The translations under genes and the position numbers were made by a program. A stretch of 59,448 bases of DNA, the filler included, from Sphacelaria rigidula (Eukaryota): NCBI GenBank assembly GCA_964200075.2. It is 9 parts of 9 records of this genome, joined end to end, with 100 filler letters (N's around TTAATTAATTAA, not from the genome) between each part and the next. Parts side by side here need not be neighbours in the genome. Positions count along the whole stretch, not along the records: positions 46,317 to 52,832 come from CAXNAA020019603.1; positions 52,933 to 59,448 come from CAXNAA020019604.1; 7 more parts are not named here. The stretch is one strand, 5' to 3'. The notes below the pieces were generated by a model, which ran no database searches, was not told where the DNA came from, and saw only the letters and a program-made list of their open reading frames with translations. Within the stretch, counting starts at the first letter, position 1. Every line of letters begins with the position of its first letter. Of this stretch, positions 49,851-59,448 are shown piece by piece.

Positions 49851-50099
49851 CTCACCCCAATATTTAGAGTCGGAGCGTAAACTTCAGTATGGACAATGCA
49901 TGGGGGATTAAAAAGAAATTACGTCGATACCAAAAGGCTTTATGTTTTTTTTCATGAGTTAAGGGCATTTGACTGATACCTGAAAACTGATTATTGCCCT
50001 TAACTCATGAGAAAAAAAATGATACCGACGTTTTTTTTTCAATGCCCCATGCATTGCCCATACCAAATTTTGAGGTCCAACTCTAAATATTGGGGTGAG
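49851..50099. repeat. ~250-bp palindrome (fold-back)
   Basis: Outer arms CTCACCCCAATATTTAGAGT...ACTCTAAATATTGGGGTGAG; inner arms TCATGAGTTAAGGGCA/TGCCCTTAACTCATGA. Confidence 0.8.
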
Positions 50100-50999
50100 C
50101 AAACGCCTTTTCAGAACCGGATCGGTAGAAACTCGGAGCAGTATTTCGCAGGCAACTTACCGGCCGACGTTTGGTTTTCGTGTATTGAAATTTTGTGTGG
50201 GCGCTCCCTCTAAGGCATAACTAACAACACTAAGTGGGTCAGGTTTTTTTCAATCATTTGTTTCACTGGTTCAGGGCGTTCTAGTATGGTAAATACCATT
50301 TCTTCACGAGAACGCCCCAACATCTATGGGGAAAAAAAATGAGGGCCCATTTTTTCCCCATTCGGCACACTTTTATGGTTCTCCATGCTAACTTTCAAAT
50401 CACAATTCTAAAAATTGAGCTGAAACATTGAGATAAGGCCTAAGAGCAATGTTCATTTCTCCTCAAAACTCCACTAAAAACACGAAATAAAAATTAAAAA
50501 AATTAAAAAAAAAGGTAACAAGCTGTTTTTTATATATTTGTTATGCACTAGCAGTTCACCACACGAAATTTTATGGAACAACTCTCAAAACCTGAGACGC
50601 GATATCCAGATTTAGGGCATCTAGTGCCTCTGCTCGTAGTATATTAATTTTAGTGTTGAAACTTATGTGCGTCATATCTCGGGATAGATAACGAATTAGG
50701 TGAAGTTCAGGGTATCTATCGTCTCCCCTCCTGCTCCAGAGAATGTCCACACCAAAATTCGTCGTCATCCGCTGAATGCAACGATCGGGGGTTTCATATA
50801 GATTTTAGTATAGACGCCATCTCCGTTAGGTATAGGAATTACTAGACACGGGGTTTAATCAACGAAAAAACATGGGCCCAAAATTTTAAGCAGCTGGGCA
50901 CCTTCCCCTTAGCTAGGCAATTAATACGATATGCGGATCATGGCTCAACTCGTCTGTGTCGATGAGGTATTGCCTTTATGTACCGTCATCGTCCGACCC

Positions 51000-52208
51000 T
51001 CCTGCTGAAGTGCTGCAACGCCCATCACCAGAATCTCGGACAAGTTTCTCGCACATGTGAGATCAACTTCCACCCCATTTACGTGACATCAACTTTGACC
51101 TACATGGACCCGGTTGGGAACCCTCTGTAATCAAATTGTTGAGCGATGTTTTATTGGAGTACTAAGACCGATTTTCTCGATCCAAAACGGATCTGGGGCA
51201 TTGCAAAACGCTGCCCTTTGAAATCACACTTCAACCTGGCGTTTCGCCAATCTCTTCTCGACCGTATCGGACGAACCTCATCCTTACCAAAAAAGTTAAC
51301 GCCATTTTAGATGCGTACTTACGTGCCGGATTAATCCAACACTCCTCCTCTCCGTGGGCCTCACCCCTAGTGGTAATCCCCCAAAAGGATGGAAACGTAC
51401 GCATCACCGTGAATTATCAACGACTAAATCGCGTTTCTGTGGTGGGGAAACTTCCCATTCCTCGCATAGATGAAATCTTCGACTCTCTAGGCGAAGTCAA
51501 AATATTCAGTACCTTCGACCTCGCTTCTGGATTTTTCCAGAATACCATCCACCCTGACACAGTCCCACTGACAGCGTTCTGTGCATCTTCTGGGCTCTAC
51601 GAATGGCTCCGTATGCCACAAGGTGCCACCACTGCACCAGGTTGTTTCCAATGCTTAATGCAACGCGCTACAGAGAATCTCGAACACGTTATCATGTACT
51701 TGGACGACGCTATCGCATTCGATGCCTCCCCTCTTGCGCATGTGCACACCTTACGAGAGTTTCTTTCTCGACTGCGGAAACACGATTTGAAACTGTCTCC
51801 ATCCAAAGCTCGCCTTGGCGCGACTGAACTGGATTTCCTGGGACACTCGATTTCACCGGCGGGTCTACACCCGAACCCAACAAAGTCAGGGCAATGACTG
51901 AATTGCCGATGTCCACGAACAATACTCAGCTCCGCTCATTATTGGGTGGACTGTCCTACTATCGCATTTTTTTTACCTAACCTGTCCAAACGGATTCGCC
52001 CCATTACAGATTTGCTTAAAAAAGGCGCCGCGTTTGTCTTCACCAAAGACATGGAAGCTATCGTGCGCGACTTGCTGGAAACGCTCACCGAAAAACCGGC
52101 CCGTTGTTTCCCAGCTTGGGATGCCGTGCAAGACGGTTCTCGCCTCATTCAACTACATACAGACACGAGCACCGACGGGTTCGGCGCGGTCCTGAATCAG
52201 CCTCAACA
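51000..52208 (+). pseudogene. Ty3/Gypsy reverse transcriptase and start of RNase H (second family, degenerate)
   Basis: PISSRPYR..GLIQHSSSPWASPLVVIPQKDG..RITVNYQRLN..LPIPRIDEI..FDLASGFFQ..TAF..GLYEWLRMPQG..YLDD..LKLSPSK..DFLGH. After frameshifts: LRSLLGGLSYYR, and LHTDTSTDGFGAVL. Confidence 0.92.
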
Positions 52209-52932
52209 CAGGTGGCAACTGGGGGCAGGCTCCAGAATCTTGCAGGCACCTTGCCTCAACCTGCCCAGGTAAGGTAGGTTATCCGTATTTGACAACGTGT
52301 CAGGTTGCGCAAGGTACGTTGCCCAAGGTCCTGTGAGGTACCTTGCACAAGGCCCCGCATTTGGACACGTATCAACGTGTCCAACCCGTTGGAGTCAATA
52401 GTAAGATTTCTTTGCAGTTTATTATGTCGTATATGCTTCCTGCTTTTGCATCATATGATCCTGCCCCTTCAAGGACAGAACACGAAAATATATATGCCCC
52501 CCCTCCCCCCCCCAAGAAAAGATAGGGGACAAACACCGGCCTCGGTACGACCCTGTGCGGGCAAGTAAGGTTCTATACTCAGTCTTAAGTAAAACTGCCA
52601 ACAAGTCGCGAACCGTACTTGATGTCATTCCGTAGATACATTCAAGCTGCTGACAGCAATCAGCCCATTCAGAGGCATCGTTCATGACGCGTATGACATG
52701 CGTATAATGTATATGTCCATCAACTAAAAAGCCCTCCTGCCCCCCCCCACCTCATCGTCTGGAAGTGGCGATACCACAGAATAAAGCAACTCATCGTTGG
52801 CTATCATCCAAATGCAAGATAATCAGTAGGCTNNNNNNNNNNNNNNNNNNNNNNNNNNNNNNNNNNNNNNNNNNNNTTAATTAATTAANNNNNNNNNNNN
52901 NNNNNNNNNNNNNNNNNNNNNNNNNNNNNNNN

Positions 52933-53120
52933 CCTTTCTCCATTTTAATGTTTTTTTCTGTTACTGTTTTTTCTTCTTCTGTTCCGTTTTTTTTTTTTTC
53001 CATTCTTTTTTTTTTTCCCGTAGAGCGTGTTTCAGTTTTGCTTTCCTTGGGTACGTCTATCACGAGACCACGGCTGAACCCCTGGGGGATCAGTTGAAGT
53101 TCGACAATCAGTCAAAAATC
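52933..53120 (+). mobile_element. Non-LTR retroposon 3' end (T-rich UTR plus conserved terminal motif)
   Basis: CTTGGGTACGTCTATCACGAGACCACGGCTGAACCCCTGGGGGATCAGTT..CGACAATCAGTC; same family as 8215-8320, 42860-42946 and 45312-45510. Confidence 0.7.
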
Positions 53121-53134
53121 AAAAGACTGATGGA

Positions 53135-53618
53135 TTTCTCCATCTGAAAATTTAACGTTCACGTTACCTTACGTATCACGTGAAAAAAAACAAAATCGCG
53201 TCACGTTTCGGCCACAACGTATCATGAACGTAACGTGTAACGTTGTGGCACGTGTAACGTTGTGGCACGTGTAACGTGTAGAGCCCTGGTTCAATGAAGC
53301 ACAATCTTCTAGGATTCCATCATTTTTTGCAAGCTTGAAGTGTGCACCGCTTCATGTGACGTGGAACGTAATATGAAACGCCTAGTGCACGTGTAACGTG
53401 CAATAGACGTTACACAATTCATTAAAACGTTTCATGCGATGTGTTTTGAACGTTTGGATCATTCAACGTTCGCGATACGTTTCGTTTGCAACGTTGAAAA
53501 CAATTAACGGTACTTTTACGTTTCATTTGAAAATTTAACGTTATGTTCACGTATCGTTTGGCACGTACAAAAAAAAAGCATTCACGTTACGTTCGAGAAA
53601 TATCAAAGACATGCCCTG
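53135..53618. mobile_element. Two hAT-like element ends with ACGTT/AACGT subterminal repeats
   Basis: Two similar blocks (TGAAAATTTAACGTT...) end in GCCCTG at 53288 and 53618 (CAGGGC on the minus strand, a hAT-type terminus). ACGT motifs are dense. Confidence 0.45.
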
Positions 53619-55122
53619 TAGTGTTGGATATCGAACCACTTATCAAGTCGATATGATATCGACATTTTCAGCGTTCGATATCGACAAAGTTCAATACATT
53701 CCCGCGACGCCGTAGTGCGAGCGTAGCCGTGTCCGCTCTCTAAACAAGCCCCAAACGACCTTCCCCGGCTGGCGAGGGGGCCCCGCGGGAGGCGCAACAG
53801 AAGGCAAAATATCCGGCTATTTGGTTTCATTTCCCATCAAAATGGGCTTACCTTTGTCAAAGCCTCCTAGCCCAGGAGAAATTAACGTTCCTTCTCGGGT
53901 TTGACAAAACCCAACAATCACCAGGACCTTATCTATTCTCGCCGCAGAAATATGAGTAAAATTACACCAGAGAAAAACAAGCACCACCAAATAAAGCAGG
54001 TTCGACAAAAGAAGCATCGCCAGAACGACTCGGAGCATTTCCAGCAGAGTCAGGAGCAAAAAACAGGGGATTTAAAAAATTGCGGAATGTTTACTTTCGA
54101 GGATGAGGCTTGGGAGCCTTTATAGGAATCGAAATATATTTTGAAAAATGCACACATCCTATCCGGTCGTGGTGTGTGGCCTCGCTCATCCTCAAAACAG
54201 GGACAAGATTCACCCGCACTTTGTAAGATCCCGTGCTAACAGGGCATTCTAAAAAATGTGAACGAACGGAGGTCGGAATTGTTGCGGAAAAAATCCGCGA
54301 TTTTACAACGTGCTGTTTTTTTAAAAGTGAGCGCGGCGACACATCACGGCCGGAGAACGCACTTGCTGTTTCCCTCGGAGGTGTTTCGATGCTCGCTCGT
54401 GAACGTTCCCAAGGCTGTCCTAAAAAAGATCCATTCGCGATTTGTGAAATTCCGTGTCATAATGGGGATAGCGAGCACGTGTTATACCACGTGTACTTCT
54501 ATTTTAAGCAGAAAGTCAAGACAAAGGGTCAACCGAGAGCATGAAGGCACCCCGCACACCTCTGTATTGGATTAACTACTACGAGTATGCGATTATTGTG
54601 CCCATCGTCTTGGCGTTTAACCTGAAGTAGACGGCTTGAACCCAGAGATGTGCTCCGTTTCAATTTTTCGAACGGAGCGGATTTCGGATTTCCGGCAGCC
54701 TTCTCCGGATCGATCCGCGGATTGAAAAAAGGGGCAGGTATCCGGATATCTGAACTTCCGAACATCCGGATGTCCAATACGCAGACGGATGTCGAGGAAA
54801 ACGAACGATGGATACTCCTCAACTCTCCTCACATGCATGTTGCGAATGTCTGAAAGGGGTAGTGGAGTCTCGGATCACGTATCGCGAGTTAGATGCACAA
54901 ATCAAATGAAGAAGTGAAAAAAGTTGTCGTCGCTATCCACGCATTGTGCCAGCGATGTGCAAGAATGAACGCCTTTTCCATGACAAACGAAAAAAACCAA
55001 ACCACAACATCAAAATTTTAACTTTCGCAAGGCCCCTAAAAACCACAGCACGCGTGCGATGTGCTTCATAACCAGACGCATCAACTGCTCCATCTCTTCT
55101 CGCGAGGACACAGTTTAGGATC

Positions 55123-55384
55123 TGTAGCCAAATGATACCAAGCCGTAAGGTTTCAGTATAATCGCATGCATGATTGGAGCAGTAGCAGGGGAGAGGGGAT
55201 CCTGGATTGATGACCCTCATCTGTGTGGCCCCTTGCTGTCTGGCCCTCGATGTGGTCTGTTGAGGATCACTCCGTGATAATAACAGGTGAGAAGAAAGGA
55301 CTTGTCGAGCACGAGGCCAGTAATAATACTGGAGGAGTCCCTCGTTGAAAGTCCTCTGGTCCAGATCGTCTGGCAGAGGCTACA
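55123..55384. mobile_element. Solo LTR (262 bp) inserted in the hAT element
   Basis: Perfect 7-bp inverted termini TGTAGCC...GGCTACA and a 4-bp TSD GATC (55119-55122, 55385-55388). Homologous to 7636-7893. Confidence 0.88.
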
Positions 55385-55449
55385 GATCTCGCGACCATCT
55401 ACCGGTGGCAGCGATTCTTTCGGATCCGTTTCAATCAAGTAGTGCTGAT

Positions 55450-55720
55450 CGATCTAAACTTCTCGGCCGCCTCCCAAGAACCCTTGAGAAACATCGGCAT
55501 CTCAAGCCGTTCCGGTTCGCGTCTGTTTCTTCAGTGCGTCATAATAAGCCCACTTTGCGAGAACACTCGCTCTGAGGGACCTGACGATGCTGGAACAGCC
55601 AGGGCGTTCCGAGCGACGTGCGCAATGACTAAATACTAAATACCTGTGCGTATTCAGCGCCCACCATTTGAGCGGGCTCTCGTTTATGACCAGAGCGTGC
55701 TCTATCGCAACGTCCAAAAT
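55450..55720 (-). pseudogene. hAT transposase C-terminal dimerisation-domain remnant
   Basis: ESPLKWWALNTHRYL / VIAHVARNALAVPASSGPSERVFSQSGLIMTH*RNR...MFLKGSW matches the hAT dimerisation motif (PLxWW...LAxPAxSxxSERxFS). It is broken by a 7-bp duplication (TATTTAG on the minus strand) and a TGA. Confidence 0.88.
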
Positions 55721-56971
55721 ACCAAAAATAAAAAATAAAAAAAATCCGTGGATTCTTTTTTAAATAGAACGGATTAGGATTGGAGTCAAACAGAACGGAT
55801 GTCCGGAGTGGACGGAGCGGAGCACATCATCTCTGCTTGAAACATACACTGCATGCGCGAAGCCGGAGACATCAGGGAGAAAATTGAGCGTGCAATAAAA
55901 TATCACGCATTAAAAGAAAATTCGAAAGTGGAAAGAAAAGAGGCATAATTGGCACGGGCGCGAGAGATTTTACTGTACCCCAAAGTAGCATGGCCGTGGA
56001 GCAGAAATGCCTCCCTGAGGCGTATGCTTACCCGCGAACTAAAAAGCAGAAAACGCCAGCACGAGAATCAGAATGGGTAATAGCCGAACAATTACGCCTC
56101 ACCCAAGGGTCTGTTAGAAATATATTCCGGGTCACGTGGGCCCCAAAATCGAGAATTCGAGTTTTTGAAGGGGGGGGGTGGGGGGAAGCACCCACCCCGC
56201 TGTCCACTAGTTTATCGCCAAGGCGTTGGCGGATGCGATCAGCTGCCGTGAAAAGAGATCCTTGGCATGGAGACCGCTGAGATGACGGACACACCGCCCC
56301 TCCAAGCCTATCACTTACCATGACTACATTTATGAGATAATGTTCCGTGCCGTGTGCCTCGACTATCTACTACTAGTAGTCCGGACAACTTTGGCGAGGC
56401 GTAAGATGATGTTGCTTTTACACTTTGGCTACAGGCTGTCGCTTCCGTGCGCTTGTGTTTTGTACATGGGTGTGTGTGAGCATTGCCGCGTCCGACGTCA
56501 TCAGGACAGGGCGGGCAAGGAGCAGAAGCAAATATACGAACCTCGCAGAGCCCGCCAGACTTCTCGGTTTTCGTCAGTTTATGTTGATCAATTTATTTCA
56601 ACAATTTCAACAAAAAATTGAAAAACAAATTACAAGAAAAAATCTAAAAAATCATGACGACTAAAAAAAAATTCTACTCCAGGAGGTGGGGGGGGGGGGC
56701 TTCGTGTCCGAAAAAATATCTCGACAGACCCTTGCCTTACCATCTACGAGTATACACATGATGAATCATCTAACTCATTGATCGGGTAAAAAGATGGCAT
56801 TTTTTTATCTTATCGTATCGTATCGTATACCGATCGAACTTATCGTCATCTTTCATCATTATCGTTTCATCGAACAGTTTTCGATACGATAACGATAACG
56901 ATATATATTAGTATTTCGATACAAAATATCGAGACGTTCGATATGATATCCAACACTATAGCTCAGCTCTA

Positions 56972-57297
56972 TCCCCTTGACCGCGTGGTCACTCCGGATC
57001 AATCAAACACACATTTTTCAACGAAAATTGATGCCGACGCAATGATGACCTACTCTCACCGTCCCAAAGTAGGCCACAATCAAACATTTTGTTAGCACTG
57101 CTGTTTGAAAGGGCGTTGAGCAACTTGCATTAGGGCATTGTGTGTGTGTTCTTGCGTGCGCGCGCGCGTGTGTGTGTTGTCATCCCATCTATTCATCGGG
57201 ACGGCGAGAGTAAAGGTCATCTTTGCCTCGGTATCGATTTTAGTTGGAAAAAGTGTTTTTTATTGATCCAGAGAGACTATCATCGCGGTCAAGGGGA
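56972..57297. mobile_element. MITE with ~95-bp TIRs and TA flanks (Tc1/mariner type)
   Basis: TCCCCTTGACCGCG...CGCGGTCAAGGGGA, with imperfect pairing extending to ACTCTC(A/G)CCGTCCC. TA at 56970-56971 and 57298-57299. Confidence 0.8.
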
Positions 57298-59448
57298 TAC
57301 GTAGAGCTATAATGTTTCTCAGAACGGACGAACAATCCCTTGATCTCGCCAAACGCAACGTTCATTGGTTGACGTGCCAGGGCTGTCCAGCTCATCATGG
57401 GACCTGACCAGCGACCAGCGCAACGGAGGTGTCCCGCACTTCGTCTCCCCCACTGGTGTGTTCGCGTGCTGTCCCGATGTCAACATCTCATATCGGGACA
57501 CAGGACATAGTATCCCCTTTGATAAGATATCCGTCTCTTCGTGTCTGCACCGTGTGCTGCAGCTGACACGGTGGCGTGGTGCATTCTAACCCTGGGAAGA
57601 CGGTTTGATCTGTTGCGATGGGGATTGCCTGAATGACTGTAGAGGGTACTTGTACTACTTACTGTTTGTACTGAACTGTTTTTGTGTCCTCAGAGCACAA
57701 AAGTTGTAGTCGGCGCGCAGCGCGGTCTGCACACTATTGAAGCACGGTAGTGTGTTCGACGAGGTATAGTCTGTAAAACGGAGAAGGAGCTCCGCACCCA
57801 ACTAAGATACGCTACAGATAGTTGTCGCTGTACTGTGTTGCGCTCGGACACTGCGAACACGATTAATCTCACAGCCCAGCTGGAGATTGGCAGAGTTGAT
57901 GTTCGTATTCTGCTGTGGTTTACAAAATTGAAGGAGAAACAAAGCGCTCTCGGTCTCTCTGCAGTCGAGCTACACATCAAGGTTCAAGAAATTACCTGAT
58001 CATGGCTGTGCAGGCGTTGTTTTCCCCTTGGGTGCTGCTGTAAAGATTCAATACTCCCAGTTCACGCCGACAAATCCAATTTCGTGCCAAGCGGTCTTGA
58101 CGAGTTTCGCGTTCACTCGCGAGACATGTTTTTATCTCCGATGGGAAAAAAGGACCTGGCGAACACAGTCGGTCATTTGTGCTCGAATTTTTCCGGAGAT
58201 TTTTTCCTGCGTGATGTAGGCGTCTTTCGGCACTGTCGTCCAAACTGGCTGTTGTGATGAACAAATTTCAAATCTACGTCGGGGAAACTTTACACAATGC
58301 TTGTGCTTATCCGGAAAGGATGTGTTGCTTTTTTTTGTTACTGCAGCATACACACAGGGCCCGCGGTGGCGACAAATAAGACGAGAAATGCGGCGGATGT
58401 GCTTTAGTTAGTTCATGTTGCCGAGTACCTGTGCAACTAGCTACAGCTGCACTGTACGGAGCGGCTACGGGATATTCCTCTGCGCAGCATACTTTTTCCG
58501 AGTAGCATAGAACAACATGCCATATAGAACCCGCATCATAGTATTAATACGATACGGCTGGTTCCAGGCAAAGGGTAACATCCCACAACAGCAGTTGATT
58601 GATTGATTTATCTCACATTATTATTAGCTGATTGCAACAATCCACAACAGTACAAGTAGGGCAATGAAGCAATGGGTACATTGAATTTTAAATTGAACGC
58701 CCGGCGGCTGGTGGTGGTTCGTGCGTGGTGCTCGCCAGGTGTGCTTGCTGCCGTCAGGCATTCATTGGAATTGTCAAGTCGTCACTGGATGCGGTTTTCA
58801 CCTACTTCCATTTGCGGGCAGGTTTTCAACCTTCGCGTGAGTGTGCAATTCTAAACCGGCTATTATAGGTGTGGGCATAATGATTTGCAGCAGGTGCTGA
58901 GGAACGTCAGCAGTGACAGCGAGTAAACTTCACCTTTTGCGCGCAACCGGCCAGCAGATGGGGACAGGATAATGATATCCTTGCAGCGGATTTCTTCAGG
59001 TTTGCTGAACTCTCCTGACTCTGTCTGTACAGTTTCGCTCTTGCTCTGTGTATGTTCCCTTTCAACAAACATGGGATCTGCACTGAACTGCAGTTGCAAC
59101 ATAACTTGTTGGACCACCTAGTCTCGCAACCCCTGAACCAAACCAAAAACGTAAGAACATCGCCGATGCCCTCCTACAAAAGTCATGACTTCACGAAGAC
59201 TGTAGGGTATCAGCTACGGGGTATTATTATGGATTGGTCGCTACAACAGTAGTAGTGGACAACGAGCAATCTGATCCGATAGGTCGTAATTTTAACTGTC
59301 GTCATTCATATTGACCATAGTTTGAAATCCGGATTTATCAGGTCGGAGTTTCCTTTTCCTTTTCCACCGCAAGGGGCACCGGATCTTCTGAGGTTAGCAG
59401 TATGTACTCCCTCTCTTCTTTCTTATTTTTTCCGGTTTGCTTGTATCG

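Larger units (their letters stand above)
54643..55835 (-). mobile_element. Internally deleted hAT transposon with an 8-bp TSD
   Basis: TIRs CAGAGATGTGCTCCG...CGGAGCACATCATCTCTG, flanks CTTGAACC / CTTGAAAC (7/8), CGGA subterminal repeats, and a hAT C-terminal remnant inside. Confidence 0.88.
53619..56958. mobile_element. Non-autonomous TIR element (hAT-like), host of nested insertions
   Basis: Perfect 14-bp TIR TAGTGTTGGATATC...GATATCCAACACTA, with GATATC/TATCG-rich subterminal arrays at both ends. No TSD visible. Pairing of the two ends is inferred. Confidence 0.6.

Overview
Eukaryotic, intron-rich, repeat-rich DNA. It is most likely from a brown alga (inferred from gene structure, ~50% GC and the element types). 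The window is not one locus. It is nine unrelated contigs of 6517/6516 bp, sorted by length and joined by artificial 100-bp spacers (N44-TTAATTAATTAA-N44). Contig 1: 3' exons of LTV1 (40S biogenesis factor). Contig 2: three phase-0 exons of a 28-aa ankyrin-like repeat protein. Contig 3: a ~6.4-kb satellite of 62-63-bp units with a recurrent 5-unit (~312 bp) higher-order repeat. Contig 4: an orphan exon and two long fold-back elements. Contig 5: a long Ser/Pro/Thr-rich ORF with a decayed upstream part. Contig 6: exons of a DENN-domain protein. Contig 7: three exons of GDP-mannose 3',5'-epimerase. Contig 8: two divergent, defective Ty3/Gypsy elements. Contig 9: nested hAT, solo-LTR and MITE insertions. 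The most unusual signals are a very abundant non-coding element with a fixed 3' end, variable 5' ends and poly(C) tracts at both sides, the repeat-register ankyrin exons, and the higher-order satellite.
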